In this document: positions 13,223-26,869 of the stretch, piece after piece | Numbering within the stretch: the stretch's first letter is position 1 | How the letters are laid out: every line of letters begins with the position of its first letter | Source: Octopus vulgaris | Taxonomy: Eukaryota | Direction: 5' to 3' | Assembly (NCBI GenBank): GCA_951406725.2 | Contig: OX597817.1 | Location: 30,628,001-30,692,000 of the forward strand | Length of the DNA: 64,000 nucleotides | The notes under the pieces: model-generated | Told to the model about the DNA's origin: nothing | Database searches by the model: none | The model's input: only the letters and a program-made list of their open reading frames with translations | Translations under genes and position numbers: made by a program

Positions 13223-14185
13223 TTATGTTCTAGTGTGTTCTAGATTTACTTTTTTATGTCGACTAGTATGATTATGTTATTCATTTTCCAATTCATTCCA
13301 GCTATAATTTTTTTATGAGTATCACTAATATATTACTTCCTATTAATTTATTGTTTGTGTTAAGTTCTGCACTAGTACTAGTTTAATGTGCCAATAATAT
13401 TCTTATATTATTTTGTCTTTCATTTATATTGCCATATCTTTTATTCATTTATTTATAAGCTTTTCTGATCCATTACTTTCAATATTGTTATGTAATTGTA
13501 TTTAAGCATCTTCATACATTTACATCTCTCCAAAGAGGTTTTTAAGCAATGATATTATAAATATTTTTTCAAAAGCCTGATGTTGTTTGTATTGCATTGC
13601 CCAACTGGTTACAATTCCTTTCAAAATCCACAAAACAATCCATGTATAAAAGTTTAGTTTATCCATAAAGGTATCAGTTTGACTGAGTATTGTTATTATT
13701 GTTTAGAGTTAGATCAACTCTAATCAAGCAGATCTGTGATCAAAGGCATTCTATACAATGCTATTGTTGTTGTTGTTGTTGTTGAGCAGATCTATGAATA
13801 GAGGCATTGCAGCCATTACTTCTCATCATCTTTCTTTAGGCATAGTGTACCTCAGATTACATCGTCCAATGTCTCTCTTTTTTCTTTTTGAAGACAGTAG
13901 TTTATGATGTGAAAAAGTTTGGGATGTCACTACTTGTAGAAGGAATGACCACATAAAGGTTTCCTATTCTGGCATATCGTTTTGTATATCAGTGTCTGAC
14001 ATCTAATAAAACTAAAGGTGCTTTGTCTTGTCCCTGCCATTAAAGGTCAAATACACTCCATGTTACGTTCTAATTTGATTAATCACATGTAATTTAAATT
14101 CTGTAGTTGTCTCCCTTGACTTACTTGAGCAAAATTAGTCTTGAAGTTAATGTGTTTTTCTACTGAAGACAGGAAATATTTAAAT

Positions 14186-14594
14186 TTTACTTTTTTACTC
14201 TTTTACTTGTTTCATGCTGGAGCACAGCCTTTAGTTGAGTAAATCGACCCCAGGACTTATTCTTTGTAAGCTTAGTACTTATTCTATCAGTTTCTTTTGC
14301 TGAACTGCTAAGTTACAGGGACATAAACACACCAGCATTGGTTGTCAAGAGATGTTGGGGGACAAACACAGACACACAAACATATAAACACATACACACA
14401 TATATATATAATATATATATATACATATATACGATGGGCTTCTTTCAGTTTCCATCTCCCAAATCCACTCACAAGGCTTTGGTCGGCCCGAGGCTATAGT
14501 AGAAGACACTTGCCCAAGGTGCCACACAGTGGGACTGAACCCGGAACCATGTGGTTCATAAGTAAGCTACTTACCACACAGCCACTCCTACACC
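14186..14594 (-). mobile_element. SINE family A, full length
   Basis: Reverse complement of the consensus. Confidence 0.9.
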
Positions 14595-15825
14595 TATATC
14601 AATATTCATTGGTTCTTTATGCCTTATCAATATTCATTGGTTCTCTATATAAAGTTTGATAGTGCCTGCTTTACTATTTGTTTTTCATGTACCAGGTGTC
14701 CCTGGGTATCATTCAAAGTCATTGTTCTATGTAGTCATACCATTCAGTGTTCATTTACTAAAACACATTTATTTTCTCTAGTTTATCAAGCATCTAGTAA
14801 TAATGGTTAAACTATGTTTTACCTATGAGGCCTATTATTTGATCAAAGGTATTCAGTCTATAATCATCCAGCCATCCAGTCTTTTTGTGTTTTTAGAACT
14901 ACATTACTCAATATGTCGAAAGCAATTGGCTGTGTTTTCTTCTAGGTCAAGCGACTGCTCAAAGGCACCCTTATTAGTTTGTATGAGAATCTTATTTGTG
15001 ATAAAGAGACATGTTACACACAGCTTTGTAATTTAGAGAAATTTCTGTATTCTCAAATGTAATAAAACAACTAATTAGTTGAGTCTTCTACTAATGGATA
15101 AGACCAGTGTTGTCCCTGATTTACTAACAAGAATACAAAAATCTTTTGCCAATGCTTCATGTGTACTTATAAAGGTGCTGCTGTTGTTGTTTCGTGCTAG
15201 ATCACCTCTTTGATGAAGCAGAGCTATGATCAAAGGTATTCCACCTATAACTATCCTGTCTTCACTGACACTCTAGATTCAAGATTACATTTTACTATAT
15301 GTCACTCTATTTTTGAGATGGTAAGGTACCATTAGAGGAAAATTTGTGTTCAGTTTCCCACTAGTCAAAGCTGTCTTGGTGATTTGCTCTTGTTAGATAT
15401 TTGCGCTAGATGTTTAGGAATTTATTTGTTCCAAGGGTTTCCTGGTTGAAATATTGACCAAAGAGTTGAATAATTACTTCTGTTGTTATATTAGTATGAT
15501 CTATGGAATTTGTGTATATGAATAACTTCAAAATCATTCTTCAGAGTATAGGAGGTACAAAAGACGAAAATATAGTAAAGCTCTTGAGTCTAGGATTCTA
15601 AACAACATTGAGATATCTTTGACCTGGCCATGCTACCCATAAAATTTCTTAAGACTTGGCATGGTAACTGGAAAATAGTATCCATGTAAAAGTAGGTTTC
15701 ACTTTTCCCTAGAAGATGAAGAGAGTTTATGGTTTGTTCCAAGTAGAAATGCTTTAGAGCATCACCATACTGATTAGCTGTTTCATGTCTTTAAGGATCC
15801 TATTTTATTTATTGAATTACATTTA

Positions 15826-16384
15826 TCTATAATACAAATTGGACATGGGCGATCATTGTATTCTTTCTTGACTTGAGGTTCACAGCCAAACGGCCAGGTG
15901 GATTCGCGTGAAAAATGGCACACATGTGCAGACGGGTGCATACATTGGAATACGGTTTGTAGTGTTTTCGTAGCCCCCCTACTTACTGAGAAAATCGATT
16001 AAAACGTTTTCTAATGGAATTCCCCTGTTTGTTCTGCCATTAAAACAGTTGCTCATACAGTCGGAATATACCATTTCACTAACAACAAGGGGAGTAGAGG
16101 ATGACAGTCAGCGAAAACTTTTGTTATGCTATCTCTTTTCTTTCACCTCTTTGTAGGATTAATAATCTTAATCTTTAGTTACAGTTCCTCATTAAAACTA
16201 CATAATAGGCAGAATTGTCAGATTAAGACAGTAGGGTGTTTTGAGGGAGATTTGGCTGCTATTTCTACCAGGTCTAGCTACCATTGTACAGGTCTGAACT
16301 TAATTTTTATTCACATATGCCTATACGAAAACGATCACAACCACATCATCCAAACAGCCAGGTGAAGCCAGGCTTAGCTGCTAG
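15826..16384 (+). mobile_element. Non-autonomous Helitron-like element
   Basis: A|TCTATAATACAAA 5' end; 3' ccaggtgaagccagg...CTGCTAG|T end similar to the other two Helitrons. Confidence 0.6.
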
Positions 16385-18186
16385 TATTATATAAACTGCA
16401 TTTTTGTGAATTTCTAGTTTTATTCATATATGTGTGGGGGTGGGGGTGTAAATCTCTTTGTTCATTTCTATGGTGTTGTATTGTACTAATTGTACTTTAT
16501 CATAAAGTTTTTGCCAGTGCTGCCCTTGTCACAATAAAGAAACTATTAGCCATTATTGTTGTCATTTTGTTGCTGCAGCTATAGGTGATATTGTTGACAA
16601 CAAATAGATCCTCTCTCATCAAAAGCACACTAACTTTATGAAGCATGTGTAAGAAATGTTAACACCACATACTGAATGTTGCTAAATGTGAACTGTGAAT
16701 GTAGAACATTTATAATGGTTAAGGTAGAGTGAACTGAATAGAGCTCTTTGAACATCCATTGAATAACTGACCAGATATGCTGAAGACAATTGCTTTGAGA
16801 AAAATAAATATGCATTAAAGACATAAATAGATAACTAGTATGAACATATAACATGAATGGACGATTCAGAGTGGGTAAAAATGTAGTGTGAGTAGATAAT
16901 AGAAAGCATGCATAGAAGAAGTAGAATGAGAAAGACTTGGGATATAAAAGATATTAGATCAAAGAGAGAAGACAAAATGAAATTTAGATCTGTAGAAAGA
17001 TACTGTATTATAGACGATTCTAAAGAATGACAGAATTACTTTTGGGTCTTGATCCAGGTTCAACAAGTCACTGATAAATTTTGATTAGTAAAAAGTATAT
17101 AGGAGGATTGAATGGGAAAATCTAGTTACTCTCAATACCTATTTTCGTGTTCTGGATTATCATTTAATATAGTAATGCATGTTTTGAAGGCTACAGTAAT
17201 GATCCAGTTACTGGTCAACAAAGGATTTGTATTGAAGATTAGTTTGCATGGACCAGAGACAATTACTGAAGTTAATTTTGAGACTGTTTTTAGTAGGATA
17301 TATAGGTTTTCTTTGAAATGAGATGGATAACTAATAAGAAACAACAGCTTAAGACAATTGTCTATACATCAAAGACTATATCAGAAAATGGTTTGTGTGG
17401 ATGTTGTAGCTGAAACAGTAGTTATTGGCTACTACAAGACATTTGACTATGATAATACAAGGTAGAATTCCTCTGGAGATGGCTATTATTCTATATATAA
17501 TACTAAGAACATTCTCTCTTTTCTCTCGGTTCCCAAACCACCAATGTTCTATGAAGAAAAGAGCAAAAATACATTCCATGAATTGCCTCTTGTTTGTAAT
17601 TATTTTCATCTTTAATGAAATGTCTCACTTCAAAAAATAATATTTAATAACAAGTAACTGGTTTATCATACTGAGAATTTTTAAAGTGACTGAAATAGTA
17701 CCCTGCATCATTACCACCAACTATATACTTCATAAGTAAACAAAAAATATTAGAAATTAAAAATTAATATTTTTCTTTGTAATTCTTTAATTCTAATTTC
17801 CAATCCTGCCTCATATTATGAAGAAATTATTTTCTTCATTGTCTCTAGAGACACCACGTGTATTTTTTGTTATAGTTACATGGAAAATATTTCACATTTT
17901 TCAGAATATTTGTTTAAATCATTGTCATTGAAGCAGCATGCATCACAAATGTAATATGATCCAATCATTTTACCTTTACAAATAATATACAATGATGAAC
18001 TATCATAATAGTTCTTATGAAACTATACTTTGGTTGTCATATAAATCGCTAAGACAAGCAATAGGCACCACATTAAGATCTATTTTGCTTGTTCATTATT
18101 AGATGAGCACAAAAGAAAGTGGTCATCATAGTCACTGCTATTTTTTTTCCAGAGTTTACAAAATTAGATGTTCTACAAAGAACAAA

Positions 18187-18498
18187 GTGGAGGCGCAATA
18201 GCCCAGTGGTTAGGGCAGCGGACTCATGGTTGGAGGATCGTGGTTTTGATTCCCAGACTGGGTGTTGTGTGTGTTTATTGAGCAAAAACACCTAAAAGTT
18301 CCACGAGGCTCTGGCAGGGGGTAGTGGCGACCCCTGTTATACTCTTTCACCTCAAATTTCTCTCATTCTCTCTTCCAGTTTCTTAAGTAATGCTGCGATG
18401 GATTGGCATCCCGTCCAGCTGCGGGGAACACATACACCACAGAAACTGGGAAACTGGGCCTATGAGCCTGGCTAGGCTTGAAAAGGGTGACACAAACG
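18187..18498 (+). mobile_element. tRNA-derived SINE family C with 12-bp TSD
   Basis: tRNA-like head ggcgcaatagcccagtggttagggcagcgg; TACAAAGAACAA at 18174-18185 and 18499-18510. Confidence 0.85.
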
Positions 18499-19224
18499 TA
18501 CAAAGAACAAGCACACGATTATTTATCCAAATCTGCAATTTAACAAGGAGGCCAGTCTAACTTACCCACAAAATGATAGATTAGCATTTATAATGATGAG
18601 ATGGAAGTTGGATAATGATCAATTTGATTTCTATAATGATCAATTGGAAATGTGGTGCATCACTGATGAAACTTTGGAGTCAAAGTTACTTCCCCAAGAA
18701 CTTTAGATGACCTTGTAAGAGACTTTTCTCTCTAAAGTCAAAACACAAAAGTTTTATTGGCTCAAGGCTGAAGAAGAGCAATTCTGTTGATGAAAATGTG
18801 AAAGTAAGTTGTTATTAAAAGTGGTAATTTTAATTTGGTAACATGCTTTACAATAAATTATCCATTCTGTTATTGCAATGACATTGATAAATTCTTCACA
18901 AATTGTTTTTGAGGTTTATCTAGGATCTGTCTGACATTTCTTCATTAATTCATCATAAAGAAGCTTGAAAAATGTTCTACTGCACAATGAAGATATAAAA
19001 TGAATCACTTTAAATTGCCCACTTTATCCATCTAAAAGAGAAATGTATTTGACAACACAGATGTATTGCTTGATTACATTCAATATCTTGTTCATCAATG
19101 AAATCTCTCTAAATAATTCAAAGTTGTTGGCATTGAAACAGCATTTACAGTATACTGCAGTTTCTTTTTTTCCCTTTAGAACCAGTTGTGCTGCTACAAC
19201 ATGAGAAGCAGCAAAGTTCAACAT

Positions 19225-19635
19225 AGGCACAGGAATGGCTGTGTGGTAAGTAGCTTGCTTACCAACCACATGGTTCCGGGTTCAGTCCCACTGCGTGGCA
19301 CCTTGGGCAAGTGTCTGCTACTATAGCCTCGGGCCAACCAAGGCCTTGTGAGCAGATTTGGTACACGGAAACTCAAAGAAGCCTGTCGTATATATGTATA
19401 TATATATATATATATGTGTGTGTGTATGTTTGTCCCCCCCCCCCCGCCAACATCGCTTGACAACCGATGCTGGTGTGTTTGCGTCCCCATAACTTAGTGA
19501 TTTGGCAAAAAGAGACCGATAGAATAAGTACTAGGTTTCCAAAGAATAAATCCTGGGGTCGATTTTCTCGACTAAAGGAGGTACTCCAGCATGGCCACAG
19601 TCAAATGACTGAAACAAGTAAAAGAGTAAAAGAGT
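19225..19635 (+). mobile_element. SINE family A, full length
   Basis: Consensus match. Confidence 0.9.
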
Positions 19636-20333
19636 ATATGTTTCAAGAATGAGCAGGCACCAATGTGTCCCTTTAGTTAATCCCAAGAAAAGAGTTCTAT
19701 TACTTCTTTATGGAAAATTAGGTGTAAGTAACAGATGAAGGCAATTAAAAATGATTTCATTAAGAAACTCTTTCCCAATGTATCAAAATTAAAGGAGGAT
19801 ATTTTTGTGGAGCTGCAAATCAGGGAAGTTTTAAAAACTGAAACAAGTCATCAAGCTATTGAAATTTAAAGCTTGACAAGCTTTTAAATGCTTATGCACA
19901 AGTTTTATGAGGAATAATAGGTCCTTTGTAAAGAGAGATGACTATGAAGGACTCTTTGAAGCCTTTGGTAAAGTGGATCGCTGGATATTACTAAAAATTT
20001 ATTTCTTGCATTCTCATTTAGATACCTTATCAGAGAATCTTGATGCAGTAAACAAGGAATTTCATACAATGGAAATGAGGTGCCAAGAATATAGGAATGA
20101 AAACATGAAGTCTGACTTTGGCTTCATGTAATATCACAACAGCTAACACCACGTTTGTAAGAGAAAATCAAAATTTACAACACTTATATATAAATTTATC
20201 TAATATATTCTTCAATTTTATGTTTTGATTGAATTTATGATATAAAAATAAGAATAAAATTAGTTATAAATGAATTGATTATGTATATGTTGCATGTTTC
20301 AGTTTAAATGATAAGTAAATTTTGCTTAGTATA

Positions 20334-20746
20334 TTACTCTTTTACTCTTTTACTTGTTTCAGTCATTTGACTGCGGCCATGCTGGAGCACCGCCTTTAGT
20401 TGAGCAAATTGACCCCGGGACTTATTCTTTGTAAGCCCAGTACTTATTCTATCGGTCTCTTTTGCCGAACCACTAAGTGACGGGGACGTAAACACACCAG
20501 CATCGGTTGTCAAGCAATGCTAGGGGGACAAACACAGACACACAAACATATACACACACACTTATATATATATACATATATACGACAGGCTTCTTTCAGT
20601 TTCCGTCTACCAAACCCACTCACAAGGCATTGGTCGGCCCGGGGCTATAGCAGAAGACACTTGCCCAAGATGCCACGCAGTGGGACTGAACCCGGAACCA
20701 CGTGGTTGATTAGCAAGCTACTTACCACACAGCCACTCCTGCGCCT
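20334..20746 (-). mobile_element. SINE family A, full length, young
   Basis: Reverse complement; nearly identical to the 41669 copy. Confidence 0.9.
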
Positions 20747-20849
20747 TTTATTTTACTGATACACATTAAGAATTGGTAAAAGTTCAAGAATTAAAAACTG
20801 TTGTGCAGTGTTATTAGAACAATTTACATGGGCCCAGATCATTATGTAT

Positions 20850-21300
20850 GGTTCACTTTCACTACTTCTACTTATTTTGCTGATGACACTGAGCATGTTG
20901 ATATACATTCTAATTGAATTGCTTGCTTCACACAAGGGACTTCACCAATAATTTCCCATGAAAGCATCCCAAAGATTTAAACTCATCTTTGACATCAACA
21001 TTTACTTCAGTCTTGAATATCGTTCCAGCTGAAATCTGAGACTATGAGATAATTAGGTAGATACTAAAATTGCTAAGAAGTGAACAACATTTTCTTATTA
21101 ATAATTTTTCTGTTCAATACCTTTAATATCTTAGCACAGATGAACTATATATTTATCATATGGAGAGCATCCATAAGTAATTTTACTTCCCATTCAATCT
21201 ACCAGATAGATAAGATACCTTTTCCTAAACATCTTCACATCATATGTTTGCTATATCCGTTTCCCTCTCTCTCTCAGAGAGTTACTGTAATAACCTGTGT
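20850..21300 (+). mobile_element. Highly decayed CR1/L2-like RT 3' fragment
   Basis: STYFADDTE (RT catalytic motif) at ~20865-20892. Confidence 0.4.
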
Positions 21301-21619
21301 ATTACTCTAACAACCAACGTAATTGATTATAATAATAAAAGCTATCTTTTATTGTAATGTTGATTTGCTGGATCTGGCAGTCAAAGCTATATGTGTGGGA
21401 ATGAAATTTGCTTAGTGGATGCAAGCCCTGCTCCAACCCAAGACTTTCAAAGTGTTTACATTGCCCCATAAGAATTGTAGATGGTGCACTTGCACTCCCT
21501 GTACCCCCGGTTCCTGAGCCTATGGTCAAAACTGGGTCTCACACTCATGTATAGTGATTGTGGCCATAGAGGAGCACTGCCAGCAAAAGTTTTAGTCATT
21601 TGTGTCAATACCCGTATGT

Positions 21620-21895
21620 GATCATTATCAGCATCGCCTTACTGGCACTTGTGCCAGTGTGCAGGTAACACGTAAAAAAACAAAAAAAAACACGATTTTC
21701 CGTGACCGTTGCCAGTACCGCCTGACTGGCCCCTGTGCTGGTGGCACGTAAAAGCACCCACTACACTCTTGGAGTGGTTGGCATTAGGAAGGGCATCCAA
21801 CTGTAGAAACTCTGCCAAATCAAGATTGGAGCCTGGTGCAGCCATCTGGTTCGCCAGTCCTCAGTCAAACCGTCCAACCGATGCTAGCATGGATC
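21620..21895 (+). mobile_element. RTE-type LINE 3' UTR fragment
   Basis: ggcacgtaaaagcacccactacac...ccgatgctagcatgga shared with the 28682 and 44780 copies. Confidence 0.7.
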
Positions 21896-24800
21896 ATGCT
21901 GATCTTGCAACCTCAGTATATTCTCCATCAAAGTATCTGTGCTATCTGCTTAGTAAAATACACAAATGCGCAACTACCCTACTTTGTAGTTATCCTATCA
22001 ATGGCATAAAAATCCTCTATTTTCCATAGCCAAAAGGGATTTCTGACACTACTAATACCCTTCCAGTTCAACAAGAGCGACTGGTGTCATGAACAGATAA
22101 GTTCCTTTTAAATGACTCTTTATAATATTGAAATGAGAATGTTATATTGGATTGTTCTGCTTATGAAGAATAAACAGACTGACACAGCAACAATCATCAC
22201 TCATCTTTATCATTCATAAAACTAAAAATAAATTGTTATGTTTAATTAAGATGCCTTCAGTATACTATCATTACATTCTTGTTTGTCCTTTGCAACATGT
22301 TCTAAGTTGGTTCAGATTACCATTATTTTTGTTTTTATACAGATTCTGTTCTATCACAATTTTAGTTACAGCTTTCTGCTGTTTCTATGTTAAATTATAT
22401 TTCCAATATAAAATAATCATTTATTTGAATTCATTTTTGGCTAAAATTGAAAACAATTTGCAGCTTTTAAAACAATATTACATGTTGATTTCATTAACTT
22501 TTTTATGAGCGTCAGAAAATGTCACTAAAGGTAGTCTTCTAGGGAATGTTAGCTACATTTAACCTTTCATTTAATTAGTTAAATAATAGAGAAATAGTAA
22601 GTTATAGCATTCTCTAATATAGAATGCTATTTGGCTTCTATTCAAAATCAGTTTAAATGTTCTATTATTAAAAAAGAAGAAAAATGTATAATAGATTTTG
22701 AATTAAATTTCTTTTAATAAATTCCTTTTAATATATACCTTCACAAAAATGTAAAAATATTCATAATGTAAACAATAAAAGAATCCAAAACAAAACTGTG
22801 TACAGCAGAAAATGAATGAGAATAATTTCTTTTGCAATAAATTCTTATTTAAAAAACAAAAACAAAAACAAAAAATGAATTGAAGTGGTTTGGAATATTA
22901 AATCTAACTTATATATATATATAAGTTGTATGTGTGTTCATATGTATGAATCTGTGTATATATATGAAAATATGTATACACACACATCTATATATAATAT
23001 TCTTGCATTGAGGTGTAATTTTTGTTGTCTGAAATTAACCCAGTATTAAATTAGATTCTTTATTTCTTTTAAAAGAAATAAACACATGCAGCATACCTAC
23101 ATCCATTCATATATTCCATACATACATACATAAATATGCATGCTGGCGCACATGTGTGTGTGTGTGTATTTATATAATATACATATACATATACTTGCAG
23201 TTTGAAAAAAGAAATTAAATGAATAGTCAGTTGGCTTGTAAATAACTGATATTGGTGAAAAGTGGAGTTTCTTTTTTACCTTTTCCCCCATTATTAATAA
23301 ATTTATTAAAATCTAAGCAAGTTACATTTTATGATTGAAAGTTATAAACAAAATTTTCACTTCACCCTCCAACATCACAATTTGCTTTCTAAGTAAAGTC
23401 TCATTTATCTTACTTGTGCAAATGTATTCTTGAGTGAAAATTCACAACAATTTCTATTTTGCACTTGACTAAGGCAAATATCAACATTTAAAAATATCAT
23501 CTAGATAAAAAAAAAAAATATTCATATCATAAAAAGAAAAAAAAAAACTGGATATTTATTATTCTTGCTGGAATTAAATAAAATATAGAATTTAAAGAAT
23601 AAAGAAACTAATGAGTGAACGTATGTGGAAAGTTTTCTAGGAACACTTCTCCGAGACATTTTTGTTCATCACAATACATCAGGTTCCAGTAATGCTGAAC
23701 TGTAAAATTCGTAATTTTTAAAATTTTGGCATGCTTTTATTCTTCTGTTCTTTTACTGCTACCAAAAAAGCATGCACTCTTTCACCAGTATGATATTACA
23801 ATTTATGCAACCATTGGAAAATTATCACTCTTGCATTTTTCCTATCCCTGGGCTGCTCAATGTTAGAAAGATTTTAAAAGTTTGGTTTTTATTTTAATTT
23901 TTTTTTTTTTTCACTTTGTGATGTACTAGAAGTCAAATACAAAATTACTGGCTTACTTTACATGGAAACTTGTAAAAATAAAAAAAAAATGTTTTAAAGA
24001 TTTAAAATAGAAATATAGAAAACTACTTCTTACTTTGTAATTATTCATACCAATATTATGAATAACACCTTTCTTTATGACAAGGAAGTATTGACATGGA
24101 TTTTCTAAAACTTTAAACTATATAGTCTGGTTTTAGTGCTAGAACCTGGAGTAGATAAACTATAAATAATTGCATGAAGATTTTAGGTTGAAAGCCTTTG
24201 GATAGAAAAAATCAAAGGCCACAGATGGGACTCAAAGCCACATCTCCTGTAAATCCATTGGAAGTATCTAAATTTTCATTACCAAACAATTTACAATTCT
24301 TACTGATAAGAAGGAAGTTTCTAAAATGGACACACAAATTCAAAATATTACTTTGGTCCATTGGTAGAAAGTCTGTCATGTTTACTGGAAATGTAGGTTC
24401 AAGTACCATAGGCAACCATCAACTTTTTCAAGCTAAAGAATTTTTTACCTAATATTTACATGATGTTATTTATAGATTTATCCACTTTGAGTTCCACACT
24501 TAGAATCAAATTATTTCATATCTCTCAAAATTTCTAAATGCTTGACATAAACAACTTAGATTATCTGCTTAAAAATTTGTGGTACATTTGGATACTATGC
24601 TGCACCAATGACCCCAGTGCCCCTCATTTTCTGGCTGAAATTACTAAAACATATATATTTATAAGAAATGTTTCTCATTTAATTTATCATTTCCACTGTC
24701 CTTTATTCTATTTTGTGATGATTTACTCCTCAATAAGAGTCAACAAAATAATTCTATGAGAAACAGCAGAAATGGATAAGAGAGAGGACTTTTATAACAT

Positions 24801-25153
24801 TACTAATTTTCAGAACAAAGAAGGAAAAGAAAGTCAGATAAACTAAGACATTGTTGGAGCGAAAGTTTTTCAAGTTGTTCATAGACCATATTGATCACAG
24901 CAATCACAGCTAGTCTGCAAAGGTATGAGGCACTACCCTTCTAAGCCATATGAGTGTATGCATATGAGTGTGTTTATATTTTAATAACTATATCATTAAA
25001 CCTATGCCATTGTTTCATGTAGATAACTGGTTAGATATTAATATATTAACCTGTATGACTGGCATAACTAACTGGTTTAATATCTATACAGATATTGGTT
25101 TGTTTCTTTTACTACAGCATTGTAGTAAAAATATAAAATGACAATTGGATATA

Positions 25154-25545
25154 TCTTTATATATAAAAGTAAGGTTGTGTGTCTGTCTACTCCGATTTAG
25201 ATTCCTAACTACTCCCACATTTTGCGGTGCAGTTTAACCAAAACCGGGTATCTTATAGTCGTGATTCATATCAAGCCCTTCTGGGTATTAGCGCGCGACT
25301 ACGATGAGTCTACGATTTTAAAAATATTTTATCATCATTTTTTTCCATTTTAATGCATATTCTTTAAATAAAGGGAAGTAACTCTCTAAAAATGTCTACG
25401 ATGAGTCAACGATTTTTAAAAAAAATTACCATAATTTTTTTTCCATTTTTAATGCATTTTTTGCTATTTTTTGGCTATAACTCTCTAAAAATGTTTTATA
25501 GTTATTTCCCTTACAAACCCGAGCAATGCCGGGCGATACTGCTAG
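25154..25545 (+). mobile_element. Non-autonomous Helitron
   Basis: A|TC start, subterminal hairpin CCCGAGCAATGCCGGG, CTAG|T end, no TSD. Confidence 0.85.
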
Positions 25546-25901
25546 TCTAATCTACAAGTTTAACTACAGATTTTAGCAAACAAAAAAAAAATAGTAACCA
25601 GAATAAAATGTTGATTCCACTCAAATACATAAAGATCATAAAGATGAAGTGCAGTTGCTAATGTCAGTTTCTTTTTAAGTATTCAGGAAATACGAATCTA
25701 ATTTTAGAATTTTGTAACCGATTTCATAGACTGAACATTAATTAGCAAATTACTACGTAAAGGCAGCAAAATATTACTTTTATGTTAGAACTAGATTTTA
25801 AATTTTTATTCTATTCAATAAAAAAAGAGAAAGGATTTATCTGGATTTTATAATAGGCAGTACGATATTCTTTTCTTGTTTTGTTGTGTTATGCCCTGAT
25901 T

Positions 25902-26338
25902 CAGGGGTCACCAACATTGTTCATAGCAGATCTCATGGGGCACATAACTATTTAGTTCAATACAATACAGTGAATACACAAAAATAAAGACAACCAGTGC
26001 ACACATATCTGAATCTCACAAACTAAGCAGCAAAAATGGTTGGTGAGATTTGTGAAACTTATGTTTATCTTTTAAGATATCATCAATATTTGTTTTTGAA
26101 TGACTGCATCCAACCAAGAGAATTGCTTTCAAATGTTCATCAAGCAACCTCATACGATGTGCTGACTTCACATGATTCAATTTTTTAAAAATGTTTGTTC
26201 TCAAACACTGATGCCATACCAGAGGCAAGTGAACTTTCATTGCAGGTACGTACACAAAAGGTACAGTGTGGCAGCAGGCAGGATGAACTGATCTTGTGGC
26301 CTGAATCCAACCCACAGGCCATAGTTTGGTGACCTCTA
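25902..26338 (-). mobile_element. Internally deleted hAT (Charlie/SPIN-like) transposon
   Basis: TIRs CAGGGGTCACCAA / TTGGTGACCTCTA; 8-bp TSD CCCTGATT (25894-25901, 26339-26346); C-terminal KKLNHVKSAHRMRLLDEHLKAILLVGCS...FHKSH. Confidence 0.9.
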
Positions 26339-26869
26339 CCCTGATTGAACAGATCTGTGATAATGAAAGCCTTTCCAGTCATGACCATTTGGTTTTTTTG
26401 TGTAGAACCTCATTCTTCAATATATATCATCATCATCATCTTCTTCTTCTTCTTCTTCTTCTTCTATTTTTCTCTCTCTCCCTCCCTCTCTCTCGCCCCC
26501 CCCTTACACACACACACACACACACACTTTTTTGCAACTTTGCAAAACTGTAGAATGTGGTTTGAAACTGATCTATTCTTAAGGGTCAAGCAGAGGTTAC
26601 TAAGCTACAATCTTCAAGAAAAAAATTTTTCATTCTGTAGTTTTGAGATTTTTGGGGGTTGATAGCATCATCTAACTCTTACCCTCAAAACTGCTGGCCT
26701 TATGCTGAAATTATTGACATTTATTGATGTTATACTGACCAATGAATGATTGAGACTGTAAGTGATTGCTTGACCAGACCTGCTAGAAACAGTAAGATAA
26801 ATCTTTGTAAAAAAAAAAAAACATTCTCTTTAAAAATAAAGTATGCATTGGATGCAGAGGATATGGCAA

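Larger units (their letters stand above)
17850..20810 (+). mobile_element. Decayed Chapaev3 (CMC) DNA transposon, interrupted by three SINEs
   Basis: Fragments KNKHTIIYPNL, DDLVRDFSL, LFPNVSKLKEDIFVELQIREVLK and LKIYFLHSHLDTLSENLDAV...FHTMEMRCQ match Chapaev3 transposase motifs; ends ...ttgtgcagTG. Confidence 0.75.

Noticed and set aside
14342-14659. Recurrent ORFs with RLPNPLTRLWSARGYSRRHLPK (also at 19218, 20517, 41593)
   Set aside because: Antisense reading of SINE family A, not a gene family
16500-17430. Possible ancient LINE endonuclease region (also LINE-like decay at 46.2-48.5 kb)
   Set aside because: Too degenerate to show a diagnostic motif by eye
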